NCBI GenBank assembly: GCA_964555575.1
Contig: CAZKTH010000001.1
Coordinates: 1-53,711 of the forward strand
Origin: an uncultured Devosiaceae bacterium
Lineage (GTDB): Bacteria; Pseudomonadota; Alphaproteobacteria; Rhizobiales; Devosiaceae
DNA length: 53,711 bases
Direction of reading: 5' to 3'
Position 1 is the stretch's first letter; each line of letters starts with the position of its first letter. Made by a program: the position numbers and the translations under genes. Below are positions 9,624 through 18,461 of the stretch, piece by piece. The notes beneath the pieces are model-generated. The model saw nothing but the letters and a program-made list of their open reading frames with translations, did no database searches and was not told where the DNA came from.

Positions 9624-10948
9624 CGGCCGCCACCGGCCTCGATATTTCCGAGCTTGGCCGGCGCTATCGCGACGGGTCGCTGACCCCGCGGCAGGCCGTC
9701 GAACACGCCCTTGCACGGCTTGCCGAATGGGAGCCCCGGCTCAACGCCTTCGCCCATGTCATGGGCGACAGCGCCCTCGCCGATGCCGACCGCCTTACGG
9801 CCGAACTTGCATCCGGACGCGACCGGGGGCCCCTGCACGGCATTCCCGTCGCCATCAAGGACCTGATCGAGGTCGAGGGCGCCCCGACCGGCTACGGCTC
9901 GAAGGTGCTGCCGCCGAAAATGGCAACCCTCGACGCAGAATTGGTTCGCCGTCTGCGCGAAGCCGGTGCCGTCATCGTCGGCAAGACGCAATTGCTCGAA
10001 TATGCCTATGGCATCGCCCATCCCGAGATCGGCCAGACCAACAATCCGCACGATCCGTCCCGCACCTCGGGCGGCTCGAGCGGCGGCTCGGCGGCAGCGG
10101 TTACCGCGGGCATCGTGCCGCTCGCCATCGGCACCGATACCGGCGGCTCGATCCGCATTCCCGCCGCCTATTGCGGCATTGTCGGCCTCAAGCCGAGCTT
10201 CGGGCTCGTGCCGCTCGACGGCGTCTTTCCGCTGTCGCAAAGCCTCGACCATGCCGGTCCCCTCACCCGCAGCGTCGCCGATGCCGCGCTTGCCCTTGCC
10301 GTGCTCTCCGGCACGGCCATGCCGCTGAAGCCCATCGCCCTTGACGGATTGCGCGTCGGCATGGTGACCCGGCACTTCGCCTCGCGGGAAATCACGCCGG
10401 GGGTCCGGCAGGTCATGGACCGGGCACGTGCGGTACTCGGTTCGGCCGGCGCGGCCTTTGTCGCCATCGACATCCCGAAACTGGCCGAGGCGAACCCGGC
10501 TCTTGGCACCATCCTCAGGCCCGAGGCCAGCGTCATCCATGCGGACCTGATGAAAACCAATCCCGGCGGCTACGCTCCCGGAACGCTGGCGCAGATCGAG
10601 GACGGCTTCAGGATTCCGGCCACCGACTATGTCGAGGCGCTGCATTTCCGCGACGAGATGCGGATCGATCTCGAGCGCATCTTCGGCCTGGTCGATGTCC
10701 TGGTCAGCCCGAGCGTTCCTTTCGTGGCCCCCTTCGCCGACCCGGTGATCGAGGAAGGCGAGGATGGTGAAATGCTGTCGAGCGGTCTCGGCAATTTCAC
10801 CGGCCACCCTGCCCTCAGTCTGCCGGCGGGCCTGAGCGACGGCTTGCCGGTCGGTCTGCAACTGATGGGGCCGCTGCAGCGCGACGGCCACCTGCTTTCG
10901 ATTGCCCGTGCCGTCGAAACGGCCCTCGCCTACCAAAGCGATCTCTGA
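9620..10948 (+). CDS. Amidase-signature family amidase
   Basis: [11 protein letters not shown] motif, [25 protein letters not shown] overlap at 9620. Confidence 0.9.
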   Translation: MTAATGLDISELGRRYRDGSLTPRQAVEHALARLAEWEPRLNAFAHVMGDSALADADRLTAELASGRDRGPLHGIPVAIKDLIEVEGAPTGYGSKVLPPKMATLDAELVRRLREAGAVIVGKTQLLEYAYGIAHPEIGQTNNPHDPSRTSGGSSGGSAAAVTAGIVPLAIGTDTGGSIRIPAAYCGIVGLKPSFGLVPLDGVFPLSQSLDHAGPLTRSVADAALALAVLSGTAMPLKPIALDGLRVGMVTRHFASREITPGVRQVMDRARAVLGSAGAAFVAIDIPKLAEANPALGTILRPEASVIHADLMKTNPGGYAPGTLAQIEDGFRIPATDYVEALHFRDEMRIDLERIFGLVDVLVSPSVPFVAPFADPVIEEGEDGEMLSSGLGNFTGHPALSLPAGLSDGLPVGLQLMGPLQRDGHLLSIARAVETALAYQSDL

Positions 10949-11025
10949 TCCGGCGGCACCGTCACGCCCCCCGCATCGCCCGCCGCTGCCGTCATCGTCC
11001 GGTTCAGATCAACAAGTCCCGGGCC

Positions 11026-11290
11026 TCACGCAATCGGAAACGCGATCGAGAATTTCAGTCCGGGCCGGTTGTCGCCGAGTTCGGTCGTTGCCCGATGCAG
11101 ATCGGCAATCGCCTTGACCAGGCTCAGTTTCAGTTCCGTGCCCGGCGTCGTCGAGATGCAGGCGCGTCTCGCCCTTGGCCGGAACCGAAAAGCCGGTGAG
11201 ATCCTTGAAATAGGCTTCGGTCTGGCCGGTCGTGGTGTCCTTGATCGTGCAGTAGATCGAAAACCCGACCGGCAGCGTCACCGAGGCGCC
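11026..11290 (-). pseudogene. Decayed C-terminal remnant of a sensor histidine kinase (ATP-binding domain)
   Basis: The minus-strand frame ending at TGA (11026-11028) reads ...TTPGTELKLSLVKAIADLHRATTELGDNRPGLKFSIAFPIA*. This matches the G2-box and C-terminus pattern GTGLGLSLVKAIxxLHG...DNxPGL...FP with the glycines mutated. The upstream segment needs a frameshift (IKDTTTGQTEAYFKDL...). No H-box or start is present. Confidence 0.4.
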
Positions 11291-11400
11291 GGCAATGACC
11301 GGAGACCACCAGGACAACGGGCGCGCCGAAAACGGCAACGGGCAGGAGAACGAGTACGAGAACGAGAACGAAGGTGAAAACGGCGAAAACAGCGAAGGCC

Positions 11401-11505
11401 AGAGCGTTTTCAGGCGAAGTGGATACCGGTTCGCCGGTTCGAAAACGCGACCACTCAATAAGCTGGAGCTTCCGTTCTCACTCCATCAGAACGGAAAATG
11501 CTCCA
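11401..11505 (+). repeat. Intergenic hairpin repeat, module A (copy 1)
   Basis: 105 nt that match the reverse complement of 40586-40690 with 4 mismatches (hand alignment). Contains the stems GGCGAA/TTCGCC and TCCGTTCT/AGAACGGA. Confidence 0.9.
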
Positions 11506-11657
11506 GAGCATCGTGGGCAAAGGAGGATCCCGGTTTTGCGCCAACCGAGGACCGACCCGAAGGAACGGATCGTGCCGGCGGCACGATCTGAGGTTTGAAG
11601 GATGCGACAACAAGAACATGGAGCGGCGAAGCGATTCAACTTGAACGCGCGCCGCTC
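11506..11657 (+). repeat. Intergenic hairpin repeat, module B (copy 1, carrying an extra internal hairpin insert of about 55 nt)
   Basis: The last 56 nt (atgcgacaacaag...cgccgctc) are identical to 42123-42178. The left end gagcatcgtg... matches the B copies at 29161 and 42079. The insert holds a perfect 9-bp stem GATCGTGCC-GGC-GGCACGATC (11568-11588). Confidence 0.85.
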
Positions 11658-11683
11658 AAGAACACCGGGCCGATTGTTGGTTT

Positions 11684-11710
11684 GGGCGCGCTTCGGCGCC
11701 CCTTTTGTTG
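11684..11710 (+). terminator. Possible intrinsic terminator (GGGCGC-gcttcg-GCGCCC followed by CTTTTGTTG)
   Basis: A 6-bp GC stem, 6-nt loop and T-rich tail read on the plus strand just after the repeat. No CDS ends nearby, so its role is unclear. Confidence 0.3.
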
Positions 11711-11787
11711 AATGCGCTCGCTCTGACGCTTTGCGGCCCTCGGTCCGGATCAAGGCGTCCGGACGATGCGGCGCCTTCGCGCATTCC

Positions 11788-13155
11788 CTATTTGCGGGGC
11801 CGGGCGAACCGGGACCGTGACGAGGGCGGCAGAACGAAGCTGGCTGTCAGTCCCCTGCCGCCCGACCCGTTTTCCAGATCGAAACGCGCCCCCAGCTTGC
11901 CGGCGGCGGTCTCGACGATCGTCAGTCCGAGTCCGCTGCCGGTCTTGGATCTGTGACGGCCGCGATAGAACCGCTGGGCAACCAGGGCAAGTTCTTCCGC
12001 CGGGATGCCCGGTCCGTTGTCCGTGACCGCAACGCCATTTCCATCGGTGGTTGGCGCCCAAGCTACGGTGCCATCTTCGGGTGAATGCGCCAGCGCGTTC
12101 TCATGCAGGTTGCGCAGGGCAATGGTCAGGATCTCGCGGTTGGTGCACACCATCCGACCGGCAAGAGCCGAATCGATCTTGGTGGCGATCGCCCCCCGTG
12201 CATCGGCGTTCATTTCGGCAATCTCGGTCAGCAAGGCACCGAGATCGACGTCCTCGTCCTGTTCGGGGGCATCGGTCGCGTCGAGCTTGGCCAGGACGAG
12301 CAACTGCCGCACAAGCCGGCTGGTGCGATCGACCGAGGTCAGGATCTGCCGCAGGGCATCGTGTCGGACCGCTTTGTCGTTGCTGGCCAGGGCGATTTGC
12401 GCCTGGACTTTCAATCCGGCCAGCGGCGTGCGCAGTTCATGAGCGGCGAAGGCCGTCACATCGCGTTCGTGCCGCCGTGCCGCCTCGACCTTGTCGAACA
12501 GGCCGTTGATGGCCTGCGCCAACGGGCGGAGTTCTCCGGGCGCCCGGCCGGCGTCGAGCGGACGCATGTCCTCGGCCGAACGCGCGTGCAGGTCGGTGGC
12601 CATGTTGAGAAGCGGCCGCAGCCCCCGGCCAAGACTGCCCCAGATCAGAAAGGCCAGCGCCGGCACGACGAGGAGGATGGGGGCGATCAGACCCATGATC
12701 AGGTCACCGACCAGCTTGTCGCGCAGGCCGAGCCGGTCGCCGACCATCACGCGAAAGCCGGTCTGCTTGTTCTCGATGGCATAGATCCGCCAGGCCACGC
12801 CCCCGACCAGGTGGTCGGAAAAGCCGGACGCATCATCGGCCAGCCTTTGATCGGGGGCGCCGTCCGAACGGGCGACGAGCTGGCCGTTGAGCGACCAGAT
12901 CTGGCAGGAGAGCTGGCGCTCATAGCTGAGGGCATCCGTTTCCGCTCCGGCGGCGACCGAGGCCGCCCGCGAGGCGGTGAGATCGCCGCTGGCGATCAGA
13001 GAATTGACCATGCGGGCGGCTTCCTGCAGGCGGGTGTCGAGCACGTGTTCGAGCTCGGATTTTGTGCCGAAATAGATCCAGACCACCGCGCTCAGCCAGA
13101 TCAGACCCGTGGCGGCAACCAGGATGGCAAACAGACGGCCGCGCAGGGAATTCAC
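11788..13155 (-). CDS. Two-component sensor histidine kinase (QseC/PhoQ-like architecture)
   Basis: N-terminal TM helix, a second TM helix plus HAMP-like region, H-box AHELRTPLAGL, and G-boxes DNGPGIP and GSGLGLTIV. The start overlaps the response regulator stop. Confidence 0.9.
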   Translation of the reverse strand: MNSLRGRLFAILVAATGLIWLSAVVWIYFGTKSELEHVLDTRLQEAARMVNSLIASGDLTASRAASVAAGAETDALSYERQLSCQIWSLNGQLVARSDGAPDQRLADDASGFSDHLVGGVAWRIYAIENKQTGFRVMVGDRLGLRDKLVGDLIMGLIAPILLVVPALAFLIWGSLGRGLRPLLNMATDLHARSAEDMRPLDAGRAPGELRPLAQAINGLFDKVEAARRHERDVTAFAAHELRTPLAGLKVQAQIALASNDKAVRHDALRQILTSVDRTSRLVRQLLVLAKLDATDAPEQDEDVDLGALLTEIAEMNADARGAIATKIDSALAGRMVCTNREILTIALRNLHENALAHSPEDGTVAWAPTTDGNGVAVTDNGPGIPAEELALVAQRFYRGRHRSKTGSGLGLTIVETAAGKLGARFDLENGSGGRGLTASFVLPPSSRSRFARPRK

Positions 13156-13814
13156 GATCCAGCCCTCATTCGATAGCCAAGTCCACGCACGGTTTCGATC
13201 GCCTGGCGGCCGATCTTGGCACGTAGATTGTGGATATGCACTTCCACCGCATTGCTCTCGACCCCCTCCTGCCAGCCGTAGAGCCGGTCCTCGAGTTCGG
13301 AACGGGAACGGATGATTCCGGGCCGTTCCATGAGCGCGGCAAGGACCGCGAACTCGCGGCGGGACAGTTGAACGGGCTTGCCCCCGACGCTGACGGACAT
13401 GTCGGCCGGCTCGACAACAATGTCGCCCGCCACCATTCGCGGCGCGGCACGTCCGCTGCCGCGACGGGCGACGGCCCGCACGCGGGCCGAAAGCTCGTCG
13501 AGATCAAAGGGTTTGCCGAGATAGTCATCGGCACCGGCATCCAGTCCCCTGATCCGATCGGCGATCTCGTCCAGTGCGGTCAACAGCACGGTCGGCGTGC
13601 GATCGCCCCGGGCACGCATGTCGCCGAGAAGATCGAGGCCGGATCCGTCGGTCAGCATCAGGTCAAGCACCAGCACCGCATAATCGGTTGCCGCCAGCGC
13701 GGCGCCGGCGTCCTCGCACGTCGCCACGGTGTCGACCGTGAATCCTGCCAGACCGAGCCCGACCCTGAGGCCGTCGGCAAGAATGGCATCGTCCTCGACC
13801 ACAAGAATGCGCAT
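13152..13814 (-). CDS. OmpR/PhoB-family response regulator
   Basis: MRILVVEDDAIL...LDLMLTDGSG receiver domain and a C-terminal winged-helix VRGLGYRM. The ATG at 13814 is preferred over the upstream start of the 231-aa ORF. Confidence 0.9.
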   Translation of the reverse strand: MRILVVEDDAILADGLRVGLGLAGFTVDTVATCEDAGAALAATDYAVLVLDLMLTDGSGLDLLGDMRARGDRTPTVLLTALDEIADRIRGLDAGADDYLGKPFDLDELSARVRAVARRGSGRAAPRMVAGDIVVEPADMSVSVGGKPVQLSRREFAVLAALMERPGIIRSRSELEDRLYGWQEGVESNAVEVHIHNLRAKIGRQAIETVRGLGYRMRAGS

Positions 13815-13852
13815 CGCCTGTTTCCTAACTCTCGGCACGAGACCCAAGCCAC

Positions 13853-13869
13853 CTTAAGGCTGACTTAAG
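13853..13869. promoter_or_regulatory. Direct repeat CTTAAG-N5-CTTAAG (11-bp period) in the divergent regulator/dsbD promoter region, a candidate OmpR-type binding site
   Basis: Read directly from ccTTAAGgctgaCTTAAGc. OmpR/PhoB regulators are known to bind tandem hexamers one helical turn apart. No experimental support. Confidence 0.3.
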
Positions 13870-13921
13870 CTGGCGCGGCGACCGAACTGCCCTCTCAGGT
13901 GGGAAAGGCCCCGCATCGCCC

Positions 13922-15757
13922 ATGTTTCGCACAATATCGACCGCTCTGCTGCTGTGGATTGCCCTTGTTTCGTCCCCGGCCGCTGCGGCGGCCGCGCCGC
14001 CTTCAGCAGATGATGTGTTTCAACTGAGCGTATCGCGGGCAGCCGATGGCGGTCTTGTGCTGGGCTGGGCGATCCGTTCCGGAACCTATCTTTATCGCGA
14101 CCGGATTTCGGCACACGCGGCCGACGGCCAGGTCGTGCCCGTCGCGACCGAGCCGGGCGATGTCAAGAACGACCCGAATTTCGGACCGACCGAGGTCTAT
14201 CACACCGGAACGACCGCCCATATCGACGGCAGGGATCTGCCGGCGACCGGCACCATCACCCTCACCTACCAGGGGTGCGCCGAAGCGGGGATCTGCTATC
14301 CGCCGGTCAGCAGGATCGTCGACCCGGCAAGCCTTGCTGTTTCCGGTGCCGGTTTCGGACTGTTGGCAGCCGGGCCCGTCGCGTCCGCGTCTGCGGCAAC
14401 TTCTCCGTCCGCCGATGCCGCCCAAGTGCCCCTGACCGTGTGGGAGCCGAAGGCAAATTCCGGCGACGCGCCCGTTGCCGCAAAGACATCGCCGCTTTCC
14501 GGCAGTCTTCTTGCCGTTCTGGTCGGCTTTTTCGGGGTCGGACTGCTTCTGGCCTTCACCCCATGCGTTTTCCCGATGATCCCGATTCTTTCCGGCATTC
14601 TGGCCGGTTCGGGCGAGCGCCTGTCGGCAGGACGAGGTCTGATGCTGTCGACCAGCTACGTCATCGCCATGGCGCTGGCCTATGCGCTTGTCGGCGCGGC
14701 GTCGGCCTGGGGCGGCCTCAATCTGCAGATCGCCCTGCAAACGCCGCTGGCGCTGGGACTTCTGGCGGCGCTGTTCGTGGTCTTCGCCCTGTCCATGTAC
14801 GGATTCTTCGACCTCGAACTGCCCGGCGCCTGGACCGATCGACTGACAAGGACCACCAGCGGCAAGGGCGACTCGATCGGCGGGGCGGCCCTGCTCGGTT
14901 TCGTTTCGGCGCTGGTGGTCGGTCCCTGCATGACCCCCGCTCTCGCCGGCGCCCTTCTTTACGTGGCACAGACCGGCGACATCGCCCGGGGCGCCGGGGC
15001 GCTGTTCGTCATGGGGCTCGGGCTCGGCGTGCCGCTGATCGTGTTCGGCACCTTCGGCGGGCGCTTCCTGCCCAGGGCCGGTGCCTGGCTTGCCCAGGTC
15101 AAACAGGCCTCGGCATTCGTCTTTCTGGGACTGGCGGTGTGGCTGCTGGCGCGGATCGTGCCCGCTTCCGTGGCGCTCGCCCTGTGGGGAGCAATAGCCA
15201 TCCTGGCCGGAATCTGGCTTGCCGCGCTCGCCGTCGGGAGCAACCGCGTCCGTCCATCCCGTCTGCTGGCGCCCATGGCCGGCGGAGGTGCGGTGCTGGC
15301 TGGTCTTTTGCTGCTGGGCACCGCCGCCTTTCCAGCCGTTCTTCTCGATCTGGTGCCCGCCCCCCGCGCCGACGGCAGCCAGACAGTCGCCGGTTTCACC
15401 CGCACCGTCACCGACACGACCGAATTCGATGCCGCGCTCGCCGAGGCACGCCGGCTGAACCAGCCAATCCTTGTCGATTTCACCGCCCAGTGGTGCCTCA
15501 CCTGTCGGGAGATCGAGGCCAATGTGTTCGAGGACCCGGCCATCAGGGTGCGGCTTGCCGGAATTTCCGTCATCCGGGCCGATCTCAGCGTCTATGCCGC
15601 CAAGGGCCAGGCCCTCATGCAGCGCTTCGGCGTTGCCGGCCCACCGACCCTTTTCCTTCTCGATCCGGAAAGCGGGCGCGAACCGGGTGACGCCCGCGTC
15701 GTCGGTCCCCTTTCCGCCAAGGAGTTCGCCCGCCTGCTCGACCGGGCCGGGGCCTGA
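13922..15757 (+). CDS. dsbD: Thiol:disulfide interchange protein DsbD/ScsB-like (N-terminal periplasmic domain, TM core, C-terminal thioredoxin)
   Basis: Signal peptide, an N-domain with YQGCAEAGICYPP, a multi-TM core with FTPCVFPMIP and GPCMTP motifs, and a C-terminal thioredoxin FTAQWCLTCREIE. Confidence 0.85.
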   Translation: MFRTISTALLLWIALVSSPAAAAAAPPSADDVFQLSVSRAADGGLVLGWAIRSGTYLYRDRISAHAADGQVVPVATEPGDVKNDPNFGPTEVYHTGTTAHIDGRDLPATGTITLTYQGCAEAGICYPPVSRIVDPASLAVSGAGFGLLAAGPVASASAATSPSADAAQVPLTVWEPKANSGDAPVAAKTSPLSGSLLAVLVGFFGVGLLLAFTPCVFPMIPILSGILAGSGERLSAGRGLMLSTSYVIAMALAYALVGAASAWGGLNLQIALQTPLALGLLAALFVVFALSMYGFFDLELPGAWTDRLTRTTSGKGDSIGGAALLGFVSALVVGPCMTPALAGALLYVAQTGDIARGAGALFVMGLGLGVPLIVFGTFGGRFLPRAGAWLAQVKQASAFVFLGLAVWLLARIVPASVALALWGAIAILAGIWLAALAVGSNRVRPSRLLAPMAGGGAVLAGLLLLGTAAFPAVLLDLVPAPRADGSQTVAGFTRTVTDTTEFDAALAEARRLNQPILVDFTAQWCLTCREIEANVFEDPAIRVRLAGISVIRADLSVYAAKGQALMQRFGVAGPPTLFLLDPESGREPGDARVVGPLSAKEFARLLDRAGA

Positions 15758-15793
15758 AACCACCATCCCATCTCATCCACAGCGGAGATCAGA

Positions 15794-16423
15794 ATGAAAC
15801 GTCGTAGCCTTTTCCGATATGCCCTTGGCGCCAGCGCCGCCGGCGTGCTCGGCCTTGCCTTGCCGAAGCCCGCTTTTTCCCAGGGCGTTGACATCGATGC
15901 AGTCCTTCACGACCCGGACACCCCGACCGGCGGCAATCCGGACGGCGATCTGACGATCGTCACGTTCTTCGACTACAACTGTCCCTTCTGCAAGAAGGCG
16001 GCGCCCGCCCTCGACCGGATCGTCGAGACCGATGGCAATATCCGCCTGGTCTACAAGGACTGGCCGATCCTGACCGCCGCCTCGATCTATGGTGCCAAGC
16101 TTGCTCTCGGCGCCAGGTATCAGGATCAATATGAGGCAGCCCACAATGCCCTGATGGCCGTTCCGGGCAGCCAGGTCGGCCAGGCGCAGATGCGTGATGC
16201 GGTCGAGGCGGCGGGCATCGACATGGCACGGCTCGACAAGGACACGGGCGTGCACGAGACCGACATCACCGACCTTCTCAAGCGCAACTATGCGCAGGCC
16301 GATGCCCTGGGACTTCGCGGCACGCCGGTGTTTCTCGTTGGCCCCTATCTGGTGGCAGCCGCCCTCGACTATGACGGGTTCAGGGATGTGGTGAGCAAGG
16401 CGCGGGAGCGCCAGAAGGGATAG
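15794..16423 (+). CDS. DsbA-family thioredoxin-fold oxidoreductase (ScsC-like), secreted
   Basis: Signal peptide MKRRSLFRYALGASAAGVLGLALPKPAFS, active site FFDYNCPFCKK, and the GTPVFLVG motif. Confidence 0.8.
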   Translation: MKRRSLFRYALGASAAGVLGLALPKPAFSQGVDIDAVLHDPDTPTGGNPDGDLTIVTFFDYNCPFCKKAAPALDRIVETDGNIRLVYKDWPILTAASIYGAKLALGARYQDQYEAAHNALMAVPGSQVGQAQMRDAVEAAGIDMARLDKDTGVHETDITDLLKRNYAQADALGLRGTPVFLVGPYLVAAALDYDGFRDVVSKARERQKG

Positions 16424-16570
16424 AGCATCGTGCGCCGCCGGGAAATACGGCCGCGCGGAAACGGTGAGGATTTGCGCGCCCTTCAGCGGTCAGGCTGCGG
16501 GCCGATCACGAGACATAAACGCCTGGAAACGCAGCGCGCAATCCGCCCCGGACGGGCATTTGCCGCCCGC

Positions 16571-17329
16571 TCACCGTCCGAGATAGCCGCCGTCGACGGG
16601 CAGGATGGCGCCGTTGACATAGTCCGAGGCCGAGGAGGCCAGGAAAAGCAGCGGCCCCTTCATGTCCTGTGGCGTGCCCCAGCGATGGGTCGGGATACGG
16701 GCGGAGATTTCAGCGTTGCGTCCGGCGTCGGCCATGAGGGCGGCGTTCATTTCCGTCGCCATGTAGCCGGGCGCCAGGGCGTTGACGTTGATGCCCTTCG
16801 AGGCCCATTCGTTGGCCAGCGCCTTGGTCATCTGCATGACGCCGCCCTTGCTCGCGGCATAGGCGGGCACCGTGTAGCCGCCGAAGAAACTCAAAAGCGA
16901 GGCGATGTTGACGATCTTGCCGCTCCCTTGTGCCAGCATGACCCGGCCGGCGAGCTGGCACATGGCGAACACCGCCGTCAGGTTGACCTCGATCACCGCC
17001 GCCCAGTCCTCGAGCGGAAACGCCTCGGAGAAATGCCGGCGCTGGATGCCGGCGGAGTTGACCAGGATGTCGAGCCGGCCGCCGAGCAGGTCGAGCCCCG
17101 TGGCAAAGGCCGCCTCGCGCTCCGCCTTGTCGGCCAGGTCCGCCACCACGCCGTGGCAGGCAAGGCCCTTGCCGCGCCAGTCCTCGGCGATCGCCAGGAT
17201 ATCCTCGGAGATGTCGTAAAGCACCACTTCGGCGTCCTGTTCGAGCAGCGCCTCGGCCATGCCGCGACCGAGGCCGCGGGCGGCGCCCGTGACCATGGCC
17301 TTGTTGTCCCTGATGTCGAAAAAGCTCAT
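16571..17329 (-). CDS. SDR-family oxidoreductase (KduD/2-deoxy-D-gluconate 3-dehydrogenase-like)
   Basis: MSFFDIRDNKAMVTGAARGLGRGMA, NSAG, YAASKGGV, C-terminal VDGGYLGR. The ATG at 17329 is preceded by GAGGGAGAAA. The rest of the 371-aa ORF is read-through. Confidence 0.85.
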   Translation of the reverse strand: MSFFDIRDNKAMVTGAARGLGRGMAEALLEQDAEVVLYDISEDILAIAEDWRGKGLACHGVVADLADKAEREAAFATGLDLLGGRLDILVNSAGIQRRHFSEAFPLEDWAAVIEVNLTAVFAMCQLAGRVMLAQGSGKIVNIASLLSFFGGYTVPAYAASKGGVMQMTKALANEWASKGINVNALAPGYMATEMNAALMADAGRNAEISARIPTHRWGTPQDMKGPLLFLASSASDYVNGAILPVDGGYLGR

Positions 17330-17364
17330 TTTTCTCCCTCTCGGATCGGGTTCGGCCGGTGCCG

Positions 17365-18387
17365 TCAGGCGGCGCAGTCGACCAGAAGCTTGACCGTGTT
17401 GATGGCCGGATCGTTGATCATGTCGAAGATGTTTTCCGCACCGCTCAGGGGAACGACCTGGGTCACCACCCGGGCCAGATCCTCGGCGATCTGCGCGGCG
17501 TAGGTGACGGCCTGCCCGAACTCGCGCTTGGTGTAGACGCGCGAGCCGACAAGGGTCTGTTCCTTGAAATTGAGTTCCCTGAGATCGACGGCGTGCGGCG
17601 CCTTGTGAACGCCGGTCATGCAGATCATGCCGCCGACGCGGCAAAGTCTGGTCATCTCGGCCGCGGCGCTTTCGACGCCGGAGCATTCGAACACGACGTC
17701 CATGCCCGAGCCATTGGTGGTTTCATTGACATAGTCGACGACGCTGCCGTCCCTGGCATTGACCGTCTCGAAGCCGAGCTCGCGGCAAAGGCCGAGTCGG
17801 GCCTCGTCCACATCGGAGATGACGATCCGCGACGCGCCGGAATGCCTGAGCACGATGCCGGTCAGAACCCCGATCGGGCCGGCGCCAATGACGACCGCCG
17901 AATCCTGCAACTGGAAGCGGGCCTGATGCAGCGACCTGACAATCACCGCCAGCGGCTCGATCAAGGCGGCGATCTGGTCGGACAGGCTATCGTCGACCCT
18001 GAACAGCACGTCCTCGTCGACCCAGGCATAATCGGCCATGCCGCCATCGATGTCGATGCCGATCAGATGCAGCTTCTCGCACACATGCGGCGTTCCCGTC
18101 CGGCACGGCAAACAGGTGCCGCACGACAAAAGCGGATAGGCAACGACCCGGTCGCCGGGCTTGAAGCCCAGGGTGCCGCCGTTCATCTCCTCGATCGTGC
18201 CGACGAATTCGTGGCCGATGACGAGCGGCGGCCGGGCGCGCGGGTGCTTGCCGGCAACGATGGCGATGTCGGTGCCGCAGACACCGCAATATCGCATCCT
18301 GATCCTGGCGGCATGGGGGCGCGGCTCCGGGACCGGGATCTCGCGCACCTCCACTTTCGACGGGGCCACATACACAAGTGCTTTCAT
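17365..18387 (-). CDS. Zinc-dependent alcohol/polyol dehydrogenase (MDR family, sorbitol/threonine DH-like)
   Basis: CGVCGTDI, GHEFVGTI, structural-zinc CGTCLPCRTGTPHVC, and NAD fold VIGAGPIG. Confidence 0.9.
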   Translation of the reverse strand: MKALVYVAPSKVEVREIPVPEPRPHAARIRMRYCGVCGTDIAIVAGKHPRARPPLVIGHEFVGTIEEMNGGTLGFKPGDRVVAYPLLSCGTCLPCRTGTPHVCEKLHLIGIDIDGGMADYAWVDEDVLFRVDDSLSDQIAALIEPLAVIVRSLHQARFQLQDSAVVIGAGPIGVLTGIVLRHSGASRIVISDVDEARLGLCRELGFETVNARDGSVVDYVNETTNGSGMDVVFECSGVESAAAEMTRLCRVGGMICMTGVHKAPHAVDLRELNFKEQTLVGSRVYTKREFGQAVTYAAQIAEDLARVVTQVVPLSGAENIFDMINDPAINTVKLLVDCAA

Positions 18388-18461
18388 GATGCAATCCTTC
18401 TCGCAATCTCTTCGCCGCGCAAACCTGCCGGCGCCGCTCCGGCGCGCCGCAGAGGTCCCCT

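Noticed and set aside
11338-11375. (GAGAAC)-like microrepeats (gagaacgagtacgagaacgagaacgaagg), considered as a possible CRISPR or tandem-repeat locus.
   Set aside because: The units are 6 nt and imperfect, with no spacers. This is a low-complexity microsatellite-like tract, not a CRISPR array.
16421-16437. tagagcatcgtgcgc immediately after the DsbA-like stop matches the first 15 nt of repeat module B.
   Set aside because: Only 15 nt match and the downstream sequence diverges completely. It may be a truncated stub or chance.
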